DNA of 64,000 bases from Epithemia pelagica (taxonomy: Eukaryota > Protista > Bacillariophyta), in NCBI GenBank assembly GCA_946965045.2, contig OX337234.1:3782001-3846000 (forward strand), in the 5' to 3' direction. The first letter of the stretch is position 1; each line of letters begins with the position of its first letter. Position numbers and translations under genes: made by a program. Below the pieces are notes generated by a model. That model had not been told where the DNA came from. It made no database searches and worked only from the letters and a program-made list of their open reading frames with translations. Below are positions 11,401-25,477 of the stretch, in pieces.

Positions 11401-14400
11401 ATGTGGTTCGTGGGCATTTGCCAGAGCACCATCAAAGCAACAGGCGGTGGAGGCTACAGGGGTTCTTGGATCCGCACACTTGAAAGCTGTCCCACGACCG
11501 GCAAAGCGGAATCTCTTTTTGATCATTTGAGCATTCTCGTAGTACGTTTGGTGTACACAGGGAAGGGGAACATATTCGTAAAAGACTCCGCCCTCTACCT
11601 GTACCACGCGAATCGTATCTACTGCACATTCGTCTCCAACGCAACCCATGTTCTTTGCCACAGTTACAACGGACGGATAGGTACATTTGCCGCTTTCCTC
11701 GTCGGCATTACATAACAGAGAGTTCAATTCTCCTCTTGGATCGGCCACGAAATGAGCAGTTCGATCATCACTCCCCCAATCCACAGGGTCATCTTGGAGC
11801 TCTGGCAATGGATTGTGTCCCAACACAATGTATTTGGCACCACGTTTCAAAAAGTGCTGGTCTGGACGATCGGCGCAAAGAGGATATCCATCTCCCACAT
11901 AATGCCCACCCAGTCCCATTTTGGGGAACACATCTCGCCACAGCGGTTCAATATCCATGGGATCAATGTGGTTCGAGAAAGGGTCGTCTTTATTTCCACG
12001 GCCATGCTGTTCCTGAAATCCAGTCCACACCCGAGCATATTCCTTTACATCGTCTTTATCAAAGGCCGCAATTGGCTGCCCGTTACCGTTCAGCTTGAAC
12101 GTTCCATCTATGTTGAGTTGATACATTCCAATAGTAAACAGCTTCATCATGACACGGGCAAGATTCTGTAAACACAGAACAAGGCAAAGAAGATTGCAAT
12201 GACAATAAGTGACTCAGAAGGGTGAACGACACGACGCATCCCGTCGTCTTCTTGTGTTGTCTTACCTCATCTGGATAGCCCAAGCCAGCGCTCTCTCGTT
12301 GGCGCCATCGGAACCCCAAGGAACGAGAGTTGAGGTAATTTAACATGTTTCCCATTACCACGCTGTAGACAACTTCTTTGAGAAGCAGCCGATAGTTCCC
12401 AAATGCATTTCGCACAAAGATGTCATAAAATTGGAGCAACGCCTCGGTCCCAATACGAGTGCCACTGTGCACATTGGCCACCTATAATCATAGATCAGGA
12501 GGTGTAAAAGGGAAGATACATTTGAGAAAAAGCCAAAAGCAAGCCGAAAGAACCGTTGGACTAAAAACTCGGAGTGGTCCAGCACATTGAAACATGTGCT
12601 CTCCACTACACACACAGGTAACACGTACCATGATTTGACTGAGCGCCCAGGCCATGCGTTGTCGCAATTGATCCGGTGCCGTGAGAGCGACCGCCATCCA
12701 CACGGTTTGACTGTCCTGCAGGGTATGATTCTGAATGACGGCCATATCGGGTTGATAATAGACATTCATATCAAAGGCACCCCGAAAGACTTCTCCATCA
12801 TTGACCAATCGATTGGCTACTTCGCCGGGACTTCCACAGACAACGATACCGGCTGTGGAATCCATGTGTTTGTGATTGTGATTGTTTCGAGCACTGTGGC
12901 ATCCTTGATGGTAGTGATGATGGCCATGAGCCGCCGAATCGCTTCCGTCCTCATGCTCCGTCGTCTTGCCGTCACCATGGTTGGTACTAAAACTGCTCAG
13001 ATAACACGAGGCTTCATTCTGAAAGGTCCGTGGAACATTGGCGCACAGCGATTGATACAAGGCGCCATCAGATGTGGTACTATTGGGATTGGGTTTGGTT
13101 TGTCCCACCACTTTTTCTCCTCCATCCGGCAAGGGTGTTTCCAACGTATTTTCTTGCAGGACCAGACGCGGATCGTGAATCCAATACTCCGTCGTTTCGT
13201 CGTCGTTGACAAAGCGACCAATGACAATGGCCGGTTCGCCGCCTCCTCCACCCCGTTCGGTCAAGGTCAAGCACGTTGGGTCCTTCAAGGTGGTCACAGT
13301 CAAGAGCCGTTGTCGCGGAGGATCCATGGTTTCATAGTAACTGAGATCCATATCGGCAACACTGTCTCGAGGCAAATTCACGAGCCATTTGGGTGGTAGG
13401 ACGGCTTTATCAAAATGAATTTGGGGATTTCCTTTCATGGACGATCCAAACAAGACGGGACCAATGCATTCGCCTTGGTATTCCAAATAGACGGATCCAC
13501 CCACAAAGTTTTGCGGAGCTTGACAAAATTTGTACCTGTACATGAACATCATTGACAAACAAAAAGAGAGAAAGCACACCAAAGTGTTAGCACCAACGAG
13601 GCAGCAAACAGACCCGCCACAAGCCACCACGAGCAACGATTGGTAGTTGTGGTGTGTATAGTTTTGGATGATACGTACGATCCATCGGGAAAGACGAGGG
13701 CACTTTGTTTCCGTCCCTTGCGCAAGACTTGAATGGGCCCTTGGACCAGGGTATGGACGACATTGTGCACGGCCAAGACGCGGTAGGGATGCGTCGTCAA
13801 GGTGGACACTTCCAAACTGGCACCGAGATACAAGTTGGTAAAGGCAAAGTTGCGGTAGGCGGTAAATTCCTGACAGGCATGTGTCACCAAACCAATGGGC
13901 GACGAGGTGGCATGACGGGCCGTGGCGCGTTTCCGCCAAAAGACGCGATGATAGGACGGTTGAATGCGACTGGCATTGACTTGCCATTCCATCCACGAGG
14001 CCAAGACCGGGTCGCCCAGGCCCGGTTCCGATTCGTGGACCTTCCACCATTGTTTCGAAACGGCGGGACTGGCAAAGAATTGGTCGCGATGGGCCGTCAA
14101 AAATTCCAATTCACTCGGATTGGTCCCAAACGTGGCTTGTTCCAAAAAGCGGGCATAAATCGTCGCACCATAGTGGGGATCATCCGTGGCCACGGCATCC
14201 GGATGCGAATGGGGCCGTTTGGCAAAGTGTGCCAATTGCGGCGAGGTGGACAAGGATCGAGGGACCAAGGCATAGTACAGTGGCAGAGCGTCGGGATCGT
14301 CCGTGTGGGGCGGTGGCGGCAAGAGGGCTGGTACAGCAATGGTACAATACCGTCGATCTCGTCGATCGGAATCGTTATCATCATCGTCGTCGTCTTCCAC

Positions 14401-15885
14401 TTCGTATTCGTCAATTTCATAACAAACGATACTGCGCAATTGGGGTTGTCCATGGCCGGACCGTTGTCGATAGGGTTCCCAACAATGTCCTTGATAGGAC
14501 CGGGCAATGGGATTCCAAATGGACCGTCCATCCGTCTGTACGAGCATGCACAGAGTATCAATCGCACAGGTAATCAATTCCATGGTCCAATAGGCTTCCT
14601 CGTCCCATTGTTGCGCAATGGTCTTGTTGCTAAAGACTTGCACGGCAATCCCGAGGGGCACCACGGCCGTGCCCCGTCGCAATTCCTCTTGGAGTGTGGC
14701 CGGCAAGGCTGGAGACGACGAGGGCGACATGGCTTGAACGAGCAAATCACTGCAATTCAATCGTGGGGGTGGCAAGGGTGTCGGTGCCGCACTGGGTGAC
14801 ACGGAGGGTTGCACACTGACGGACGGTGTTTGCGTCGGACTCATACTAACGGTCGGATAATGCGTTGGTGGCACAGACGGCGTTTGCGTTGGTCCTTGAC
14901 TCGGCGTCGCCGACGGCACCAGGGAGACGGTTGGTACCGGAGAGGGTGCGGGAGACACGGTCGGAGCAGCCGTGGTGGGAACGGCTGGCAGCAACTCATC
15001 ATCTGTTTCGCCTTCCTCCAGAGGCGTTTCCCGTCGCGACAATAGCCATAGCAATCCCACCATGGGCAAGACCAAAAAACAAAAGAGCATGCAGGCCAAT
15101 CGTCGACGTCGTTGTTGCCGTCGCGCTTCACTGTGCCATGCCACACGCGACAAGTACGCCTCGTGGGGCAAACCACTTCCGGCGGCCGCTGCAGCGGCTG
15201 CGGCTGCCACGGCCGACGGCGTCTTGCCTTGCAAGCCCAACATAAATTCGGTTTCTCGTCGCGCCGCACCACTGGCATCTTCTTCATCCTCGCCATCGCC
15301 ATCCGCAGCAGCGCCACCAATGCCGACCATGCCCAAATCCATAATTTTGGGGGCCGCCGGTTGTGTTTGGGGATCGGTCGAGCTGTTGCTAGTCGCCGCT
15401 TGGTGTTGCATGGCGGCTGCTAGGGCATGTTCGTCACGCGGTGGAAACAAGTGCGACTCGGCGGCATCGTAAAAATGCGATTCCGATGTCGTGCTCTTGG
15501 CATTCCAATAATTGGGACCGTAAATGGTCGATGCTGTCGTTGATGTTGTCGTCCTTGGATGATTCGACCGAGTGGTTGTTGGTGGTGAGGATGGTAGTAG
15601 CATCGAGGAGGGTTGATCCGGATCGGGTGGCGAATGATCATCGTCACCGCCTGGACTGGTGCTGGGATTCAAGGCACGATCCCAGGTAAAGAGCCATTCG
15701 GCTCCGGTTTCCGAGGGTGCCGGAGGCATGATTTGCTGGTCATGTTGTTGTTGTGGTGGTGCGGCAGCTTGCTGTTGTTGTTCGTCATCGCCCCCTCGAG
15801 GTACCAAGGGTTCTTTTTCGGGTTGTTCCAATTCCGAAGGAGGTTGTGGATGCGGTTGCTGTTGTGGTTGTTGCAGAGGATCCAT
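8497..15885 (-). CDS. Membrane-anchored DUF1800-DUF1501 fusion protein, paralog 1 (about 2332 aa; exons 15885-13679, 13535-12629, 12481-12266, 12165-8497)
   Basis: GT-AG junctions give one continuous frame. TM helix LACMLFCFLVLPMVGLLWLL. DUF1800-type motifs ARFLEQATFG, DQLRQRMAWALSQIMV, PDENLARVMMKLFTIG, HKNTAPF, SNPS, LKEPLLK. DUF1501-type motifs YKALVVLMLAGGCD, GWDQH, SEFGRT, IPTLSWE. Confidence 0.88.
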
Positions 15886-15904
15886 AATGATGGACTATGT
15901 TTTT

Positions 15905-16135
15905 TTGTTTTTGTTGAATGCAATCTCTCTCTCTCTCTCTCGTTCGTATAAAAGGGTTGTTCGCGAGATGGAGCGAAACAGTGTCAGTTGCACACAAGAA
16001 ACTTGTCGTTCCAAACCCCCCGCAAGAAAAACTGTGTTGTCAATCGATTCCTGACGGTGATGTCGTTTCGGTTGTTTTGTTTTTTGGTTGAATGCAATCT
16101 CTCTCTCTCGTTCGTATAGGGATGTTCGCGAGAAG
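15905..16135. repeat. Local duplication of a (CT)n-containing segment upstream of paralog 1
   Basis: GTTGAATGCAATCTCTCTCTC..CGTTCGTATA..GTTCGCGAGA occurs at about 15910-15968 and again at about 16086-16131. Confidence 0.65.
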
Positions 16136-16929
16136 AGAAACAGTGTCCAAAAATACCTTCACCAACCAAACGGAATGCGTCTTGTTCTTCTTGTTGCTTC
16201 TGTTTTTGGTCTATGTCCAGTTAAAACACACACAAACTCAATCGATCCAACGCCAAGGGCCTGTCAGAGAAGAAAACACACCTTTCGAATGGCCACTGGC
16301 TTATAAATGTCTCTGTTTCTCCCACACCGAGCCTCGTTTTTACGGTTCGTTTCTTTTTTTGGAAAATCACGGAAGGGTCTTTGTTTGTCGTCGCACCCCG
16401 AACACCGCACCTCTCTCTCTCTCTCTCTGTCTTTGTTTGGTTGGATGATATCCCTCTCGCTCGTTAGAATAGAGTTGTTCGATCGATCGATCAATCGAAA
16501 GAGAGATAAAGCGTCGACTCAAACAGAACACGGGTAGTTGTAGCAACAGAAAACCAACAACAACGCGATATTGTTGCCAGTCGGTGGAGACAAGAATTTG
16601 GAAGCCTGGTTCCACTCGCCGGTTCCTTCTTTTTATATCGATTGTATATTGTTCAGCTACTTATTCGATGGTGTAGTTCTGCTTCTGTCGTGTGGCTGGC
16701 TGGATGCTTTGGAAGAACGACAACAACAACACAGCCAGTCTCTTGTTGGCTCTCTGTTGCATGCAGCAGCAGGTCAATGACACCACAAAAGATCCATCCA
16801 TCCCCAAAAAACAAAAGGCAGCGCAGTATATAGCGGTGTGATGCGGCGCGTGCGCGAGAATTGCGAATGGCCGTCTCGCCGTCGTCTGTTTTCTGTTCCT
16901 GTGTTCTGGTTCGGTACACCTCCGCGTGA

Positions 16930-17295
16930 TTGTTTCCCTTACATGGATTGATTCTAAACACAATTCACTGTTAACGACCGCTAGATATTTTGACTGGAGA
17001 AGAAGCGAATCAAATGCGTCCGATATAGAACGGATTCAGTCCCGCAAGATCATGATAATAATATTATAGATAGAGGCATAGAATGGAGGAAGGATTCGTT
17101 CTCTCTACGAGGAACAATGGAAACGACCACACGAAAACATGTCTGTATCTTGTTCCAGGAGAGGGAAACTCCCTCCCCAGCCGAAACGTCAGGATTGTCT
17201 TTGTTCGGGGTGTATCATGATGTGGTTCACCCTTTTGTATGAATGGAATTGTAATATATCCCAGGCCCCAGGAACGCAAATCCCAAACTCAGGGT
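16930..17295 (+). repeat. Direct repeat Z, copy 1 (366 bp)
   Basis: Highly similar to 29227-29625 from TTGTTT to CCCAAACTCAGGGT, with a few indels. Confidence 0.85.
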
Positions 17296-17675
17296 CCTGT
17301 AACGCGTCTTTGTCAGCACCACCCTTATCATCCCTACCGTTTTCGCGGTCTCGTTCTGCCTCGTCTTCCAGCACCATCGTCTCAAGGCCTTGTACACATA
17401 CCTTACACCGAGGGTGGAGTCATGAGACAGACACCCACACTGTGGCAAGCCAAAAGACTCTGTTGGTTGATTGCCATAGTTCTTGGAATAGCTTCAACAG
17501 ACATTTGTCACATGTCCCCGTGTTGGCATGTTCAGCTTTTCGCTGTCATACATTTTGGTGTCATTGTACACTTTAGACATTTGCCGCATGTCCCCCCGTG
17601 TTTGCATGTTCAGCGTATCGCTGTCAAACATTTTTATTTGCCTCATGTCCCCATTGCGTACAATTTGATGCACGT

Positions 17676-17844
17676 TGAAAAGGGCGCGACCTAATGGAGA
17701 CTAGCCATAGGGCTGACGTATAGGGTCGACGTCACCTTGCCCAACCAGCCTCACACTCTGGATGACGCACTACTTGCATATCTTTTAGGAACGTACGAAC
17801 TAGGTAATCTTCTATCATAATTTTACGAATACATACCCTTTTCA
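17676..17844 (+). repeat. 5' LTR
   Basis: TG...CA ends with a 9-bp terminal inverted repeat; identical to the 3' LTR except one base. Confidence 0.96.
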
Positions 17845-17857
17845 GGTTATGAGCCCA
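17845..17857 (+). promoter_or_regulatory. Primer-binding site, half-tRNA-iMet type
   Basis: GGTTATGAGCCCA immediately after the LTR; resembles the Drosophila copia PBS GGTTATGGGCCCA. Confidence 0.8.
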
Positions 17858-18177
17858 AGCATCACGCATTGAAGCCTGTTGCGAAAAGACCATAACGATT
17901 TGGTGGACCAGTTCAAGCGTTTGACGTTGAGGAAATCCGTACAAGCGGCCGTTGAAGTCCCCAAGACCTACCAGTTTCGATAGCCCGTTTAAAGAACGGT
18001 GGTGCGTCGAAGAAGCAAGAACCAGGTGGTTTCGTTGCGATTTTCCAGTGAATGGAAACGATAGCTGACTTTCTCAGAGTAGGAGCAGCTGCTGAAGACT
18101 CAAGCTTGGATTCCGGTTCCAAGAGAATACCAGGTTGGTCGTCCTCTGAAGACTCAAGTTTAAGTAGTATCGAAACG

Positions 18178-19651
18178 ATGAGTAATAAAGTAATTATTAA
18201 CGGAGAAGAGGTTGAAGTGAACACAAGTGCCACACGGTACACGGTCTGAAGATGTGGAGACAGCCCTGTTCAAGAAAGAAGACCGAGAAGGCATGGGTGC
18301 AGAGAAGCGCCAGGAACTCTTCTCGAAGGCTGCTACTTCAACCCCTGCCAAGTTTGATCTCCTATCAGCTAACATCACAGACGTGAAACAGCTGGAGGAA
18401 TGTTACAATTTGAATCTTTTGGTGTCTCGTCTGAAGAGCCAACATATTATGTACGACATGCATGATGTGTTTAGTATTGTTGTACCTGATGGAACAGGAC
18501 CGAACCTCAAGACGAATACGACACCCAAGGATTTATATCTGTTCTATGCAGATCTCTCAGAAGAAGAAGTCGCTGCCAGTAACGAGTGGTATTCCACATG
18601 GCCGAGTAAGTCTTGGTATCGTGAAAACTTAATGTTAACCGCGAAGCAACTTGAGGCCAGCATGAAGAATTCCCTTTGGACCAAGGTCTATGAACGGTAC
18701 AAACGTTACAAGACCGAACAGCAAGGTGGTCCTTTACTTTTTGTGATTATGATGAAGCTTCTCGTGACCCACACCGAACAAGCAACGAAGAATCTTGTAG
18801 ACACAGTTGAAAATCTTAAGATTTCTAAAGTCCGTGGGGAGAATGTTTCTAAGATCGTAAGCCTCATCCTCGGTGCTCACGAACGATTGGAGGCAATTTC
18901 GAATGTTCCCGATGATTTCTCTAATACGGTTCTAAAGGTCTTACAGACTAGTTCCGTGGATCAGTTTAATAAAGTGTTTGAGCTAATTGAGAGCCAAGCA
19001 CGCATTGCTGGCGCCTTGACTCGCTCTACGCCATCTACCCAAGCACAGTTCCAGATCCCCTCTGTTGAAGCCTTGTTGGATCTAGCCGAGCAAGAATATC
19101 TCTCCCTTTGTCGCTCCAACGATTGGACGGGGAGCAAGACACGGGGAAGCCCCTCTACATTCACGGCTGGTGGCCTCACGGCTGATTCCGGCGGTTCTCG
19201 GAAATGGAAGCCCGTCTGTTGGAACTGTGGTGGGGAACATACCATCAAGGACTGCCCCAAACCAAAGAACGAAGCCCTCATTGAGGCCAATCGTCAAAAA
19301 TATCAGGCCAAGAAGAAGGCCGGCGCTGGCAACGGCAATGGCGATCGTAACCGTAGCTCTAACAAGTGGCGCCCTCCTTCGTCCGACGAGAATGGCAAGC
19401 GCATCATTGATGGCAAAACCATGCACTGGGATGCCACTACCAAACGTTGGAACAAGCCTCAAGGCAATGTTGCCAACGACCAAGCCGCTCCAGCAACCGA
19501 CTCTTCGATCTCGACCTCCCAAGCGCGGTTTGCTGGTGCCACTGCCAATGTTGCTGCCACTGGCTCTGCTGCGACGACCCACGCTCAGTCTCGTCGCGTT
19601 CTTGAGCGCACCCTTGAGTCTTTAATGACCCAGGTGCAGAACTTATCTTGA
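18178..19651 (+). CDS. gag: Copia Gag with CCHC zinc knuckle; frameshifted by a 7-bp duplication at 18232-18245
   Basis: CWNCGGEHTIKDC knuckle; removing one ACACGGT joins MSNKVIINGEEVEVNTSATR to SEDVETALFKK. Confidence 0.88.
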
Positions 19652-22600
19652 TGGCGTGGCCGTCGACCTCGTGTCGATGCAGGCCACCCTTTCCCTCAAA
19701 CCTCTCTTCCCAGGAGGGATACCTGGGTAACCTCAGTTTGGTTGTTGTTTTCTTTTTCTGTGATCCTCGTTTTGTGTTTTCGTTCCATGATGCACTGGGC
19801 CTTGTCCTTTGAATCACAGTATTGCCCCCTTTGTCCGTTCGCTTGTGCGTCTTTCGTCTCCATCTGTTTGCGAGAGGGAGGTGCACGTGGACGCAACCCT
19901 TTTTCGCGTGCGATGTTTGGTCCCAACCAGATACGACGACGTCGCAAGACTCGGATTTATCACGTACGACGGCGCTTTACCACACAGAGTATGGCCTTTA
20001 ACGTCGTAACGGATTCGACGGTTACATGGGCTGGTACGATTGATATTCAACGGACTCCCTTTACTAAAGCCAGAGCGCGCCTTCCAAGACGACGCGCAAG
20101 GCGAGGCAAGAAACCGAAACACAAGAAAGCTACCATACCACGAAGAAGTGCAACGGATAGCTATGAGTTTAACTTCCAAGGAATCGATGTCCCTACAATG
20201 TGGACAATACAACAAGAGGAGCCGCCAGATCGAACATCAGAGCGACTTTCTCGTTGGTTTGGAACGATGGAGGAGCTGGAAGATGCCATCTTCAAGCCTT
20301 GGCCAAGAAAAGGTCCAGATCCTCTAGCCCAGTTCCACGCTATACGGGTACTGAGTGGGTCACCTTTCTCCAAAAGTCATGCACCAAAGAAACGCATGCA
20401 GAAAGCAATGATTGCTGCTGCCAAGCTGACTGGTACTGTGCCTTCCCAAGTCAATCAAGGATCACTGCCACCTTTGCTGCAGCAACGCATGTCAGTCTAT
20501 CTCAATGCAGCCGATGATGCCGACCTTCCTGTAGTGATTGATACAGGAGCATCAACGTCTTTGACTCCTCGGCTGGAAGATTTCGATGGACCAATCAAGG
20601 ATTGCGAGACAACCGAGCTCAATGGATTGTCGAGTACAACGACTGTGGTTGGAGTAGGGATGGCTGCCTGGACACTGAAGGACGTGTTTGGAGTGGTACG
20701 AACCATCCGAACACGTGCCTATTACGTTCCAGAGGCGCAAATCCGCCTGTTTAGCCCCCAAACCTACTTCCAAGAACAAGCCAAAGGCGAATTGTCGGTT
20801 AATGCTTTCCGTTCCAGGTTGACTCTTCATGATGGAAGCGAACTAGAGTTTCCCTTTCATCCCAACAGCAATCTCCCCTTAATGCTGTCTGGCCGCCAAA
20901 CCAAGATGGGACTTGCCTTTGAAGATGTCATGGCATTGTCCAAAGAGTTTGATTGTCATGGTTTGATGTCGGTGGCGGACGAAGTGAACCAAAATGTAAC
21001 ACAGGCTCAAAGAGAGCTGTTGACATGGCACTGGAAGCTAGGCCATGCGAATTTTGAGTGGATCCAAGATTTGTGTCGAGATCCTAAAACCGATCGACGC
21101 CGAATCCTTCGGACACGACACCGTCACGTGTCAAGTTGTCCCGTCAACGGTTTGCGATGTGCCGCCTGTCAATTGGGAAAACAGCGGCGTCGCGGTGCAA
21201 ACACACAGCACACTAACACCAAGGATGGTCGCTTTATGGTCACTCGGTCAAATAATCTTCGTCCCGGTGACTGCGTCAGTCTTGACCAATATGACTCGAC
21301 GTTGACTGGCCGTCTTCCGCATACACGCGGCAAAGAACCAAAGAAGGACCAGTACACTGGCGGCACGCTCTTTATTGACCATGCTACGGGACTGATGCAT
21401 TGTGTACATCAAGTGTCCTTAGACGCTGGTGAAACTATCGAAGCCAAATTGCACTTTGAACGGTTTGCTCAGGAACACGGAGTTACAGTCAAATCCTATC
21501 TGGCCGATAATGCCCCTTTTGGAAGTGCCAAATTTGTGGAAGCAGTCAAGAATGCCGATCAGACCCTATTGTTTTCTGGAGTTGGGGCTCATCACCAAAA
21601 TGGTGTGGCCGAGCGCGGCGTTCGTACGGTAACCTCTTGGGCCCGTACTATGATGCTACACGCTGTGTTGCACTGGCCTGAGCATGCTCACGATTTAAGC
21701 CTCTGGCCATTTGCCCTCAACCACGCAGTATGGATGTGGAATAACCTTCCCAAGCGTGGCTCGTTTATGGCCCCGCTTGAACTTTTCTCTGGCACAATCT
21801 TCCCTACCTTGGACCATCTACATCGAAGCCATGTGTGGGGATGCCCAGTCTATGTACTGGACCCAAAGATTCAGGACGGAAGGAAGCTCCCTAAATGGTC
21901 GCCACGTGCCCGACGAGGGCAATATCTTGGCGTTTCTCCCGACCATTCTAGCACGGTGGGCTTAATTCTGAATATTGCGACTGGCTATGTTAGCCCGCAA
22001 TATCACGTCGTCTACGACGACCTCTTTTCAAGTGTTCCTAATGCCGAAACCGGCGGTGTCCTACAACAAGATATGTTTACTGGGTCCTTTTGGGACCAGT
22101 TGGTGGCCTCTGGTCTGGAGCGAATTGATGATGGTGACTTTGAGGACGAGCAGCCTCAGCCACCACCCCTCCACCAAGATTGGCTCACTCCTGAAGAGAT
22201 TGATGCCCTACGGCACCAACACAACGACATGGCTCGTATTAACCCCTTACCTCTGCCTCCTATCCTTCCTCCACGCGCCCCTGCTCCAGAGGGAGCGGCC
22301 GCTCCAGAGGGAGCTCTGGTGCCCTTGGCTCCAGAGGGAGAGGACAATGGTGATGGTGAGATCAACGATGGGGAACCTCTTTTTCCTCCCCTTGATTTGG
22401 ATGTGGAGCCAAATCCACCAGCAGCTCCTCCTGACGACGATCCCCAGGACTTGATTCCTCCTTTGGTGATGGATGGAGTATGGGACGGCCCAAACAACTC
22501 CACCATTGACTCTGGAGACGAAGTTGTGATTTTTGAGAATGAGGAGCAGGATGTGGAAGATCCAGTCCGGGCACAGGAGAAAATGAGACGTGCCCAGCAC

Positions 22601-24534
22601 CTGGAACAGCCGGATGAAATGCATTTTGGTCGTGGCAAGCGCGCACGCAAGCCCAATCCTAAGTATGCTGCGTACTCGCGCGAACGGTGGAAAGAACACG
22701 CCTTATTTGGTCACGACGATTATGCGCGACTCAAGGTGAAACGTGACTGCCTTAACGATTCATTCCTGGCAAGACTTGATTGGACCTCAACCATTCGTGA
22801 CCTCAAGTCATCTCAGTCAACGCTGATGAGTCGCATCCTAGCTATGAACACCAACCCTAAGACGGGAACTGTGGAAGCTATGCATCCGATGTTCCTCATT
22901 ACCAAGGCCGACGCAGCAGATAACCCACGATGGAACGAAGCCATGAGTGGACCAGATGCTGCTGGCTTCATGGAAGCATGCAAGAAGGAGATCGATACGC
23001 TATTCCGCCTGATGAAAGCCTGGATAGTCGTCGATCGCGAACCTTGGATGAACGTCATCCCATCAACTTGGGCGTTCAAGAGGAAGCGTTTCCCAGATGG
23101 AACGGTCAAGAAGTTGAAAGCACGATTCTGTGCTCGTGGAGATTACCAGGTGGAAGGGATAGACTTCTTCGACACCTTTGCTCCAGTGGTGAACTGGACT
23201 ACAGTCCGCCTAATGCTTATCCTGTCGATTATCCTTAACCTTGCAACGGTGCAGGTAGACTATACTGCGGCATTCCTTCACGCCCCAATTGATCGTGATC
23301 CCAAATGGGACTCAATGACACGTCAAGAGCGGGAAAGGAGCGGTGTCTACGTTGAGATGCCCAGAGGATTCGGACAAGACGGCAAAGTACTGAAGCTGAA
23401 GCGTTCACTGTACGGCCTGAAACAAGCCCCACGGAATTTCTTTCAACACTTCAAAGGGCAATTGGAACGAGTCGGCTTTGTTGCCCAGGACTCGGTTGAT
23501 CCATGCCTATTTATTTCGGACAAGGTAATAGCCGTAGTCTATGTGGATGACACGCTATTTTACAGTCCCAAGAGAGAGTACATTGATGAGGTACTCAACA
23601 GACTGAAAACCGAAGAGCACGCAGAACTCGATGTTGAGGATAGCGTTGCTGGTTTTCTGGGTGTCCATATTGAAAGGGACGAGACCCAAGGAACAATCAA
23701 GCTGGTACAGAAGGGCTTGATTAAACGTATCTTAGAGGCCCTACAAGTTGGTGACTTGGACCGGAGTTGTACCCCAGCTCTTTCTAAGCCCCTGGTAGAG
23801 GACAAGAATGGAGATCCCCCACAAGGCAGATACAATTATGCAAGTGTGATTGGGATGCTACAATATTTACAGGCACACAGTCGCCCCGACATTACCTATG
23901 CGGTGAGCCAATGTGCACGCTTTGCTTTCAGTCCAAAGAGATCCCATGAGCAAGCGGTTGAAAAGATTGGACAGTACCTTAAGCACACGCAAGACCAAGG
24001 ACTGATCCTTAAGCCCGCCACAAGTCTGGACATCGATTGTTTTGTCGACGCCGACTTCGCTGGATTGTGGCCATATGAAGAAAAGCTGGACTCGACCTGT
24101 GTGAAAAGTCGTACATCTGTCTGGCAAATTGTCCCATGGTTTGGACAAGCAAACTACAAACATCCATTGCCTTGAGCACTATGGAGGCCGAATATAATGC
24201 ACTGAGTGAGTCGCTGAAATCGGTCCTACCACTACAAGAGTTGCTGACCCACGTTGCAGAAGGAGTTGGGCTCAGCAAAGAATACACAACAACATTTAAA
24301 ACGACAATCTGGGAAGATAACATGGGAGCCTTGACTTTGGCCAACCTAGAACCCGGGCGGATCACACCACGATCGAAATACTACGCTGTTAAGATTCATT
24401 GGTTTCGACAGCATATCAGTGATCGGCTGCGAGTCGTCAAAGTGGATACGACACAACAACGCGCCGACATCTTGACGAAAGGTCTCACACAAACCACATT
24501 CGAACACATTCGGAAGCTCCTCTGTGGGTGGTGA
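19652..24534 (+). CDS. pol: Copia Pol (protease, GAG-pre-integrase, integrase, RT, RNase H); frameshift in RNase H near 24115
   Basis: VIDTGAS (protease), WHWKLGH...CAACQ, VSLDQ...DN...ERGVRT (integrase), LKARFCARG, SLYGLKQAPR, YVDD (RT), FVDADFAG then, in another frame, STMEAEY...EDN...ADILTK (RNase H). Confidence 0.93.
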
Positions 24535-25477
24535 CCAAATCTATTCTCACAATTTCCCTCCGATTGCGGGGGTACCTCCCGTCTGCTGTCCATACGGTTA
24601 TTCCCAAATTTTCCTAAAAAATGTAAAACTTATTTCTTTCAAATTTCTTTTGATTTAGCACATTATTATAACGTCCAAGCCAACTGTAATAACTGGCTTC
24701 GCCCTATTGTGTAGCCGCTTGCGCTCATGAATGGGAAACAGGAACCGGCGTGAGCCGTGAGACTTGACGAGACATGCACAAAGAAATCTACAAGCCCATT
24801 TTGTACTCTATAGTCTATACTGTTTCAGAAGCGAGTACTCTTTACGCAGTAGTGGATCAATCTTCACGGAATCATCACACACACACACCAAACCATGAAA
24901 TACACACACATGGTGCAATGCACCTCGAGGAGTATCAACACAAGCTCCTGGCACTTTGTCTATGGGAAAGGTAAAAGCATAGTCCACTACTAGTTTAGGC
25001 TTCCTGCTTCCTGGGCTTACATACCCCATGATGACGCTGTCAAACCTTCGCTTCATCATTGCAGTGGTTGATTGTTCATTGCAGTGGTTGATTGTCATGT
25101 TTCATGTTGTCATCCTTCCTTTTATGCATTATGCCTTCACTTGTGATCTAGGTTGATGCATTCTGCCTTCACTTGTGATCTAGGTGGATGGTTTTGACCA
25201 TAAAGTTGTCACTGTGGTCGTTCGTCCGGCTGGATGGTTTTCTTTTGGTTTTTGGTGTGCTCATGGTCGTCTTTTGTGGTGTTGCTCGAAAAGTGAGACG
25301 ATATACAAGGCGTGACCGGCGCGTCGATTTCGAACGATCGAAGAGAGGCTGGCGATATCACCCGGCTGGCGCTTTGGGAAAAAATACGAGACAATTTTTT
25401 TCCTTTCGGATGACGGACGAACAAAGGTACCCCCCCAATCGCACCCTTCAAAGCCATTATCTCATCCGTGTTCGGCT

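Noticed and set aside
13705-14799. Long + strand ORFs opposite the DUF1800 genes (also 12587-13399, 27311-27967, 40054-40701, 41626-42270)
   Set aside because: Antisense shadows of well-supported minus-strand CDS; no motifs of their own.
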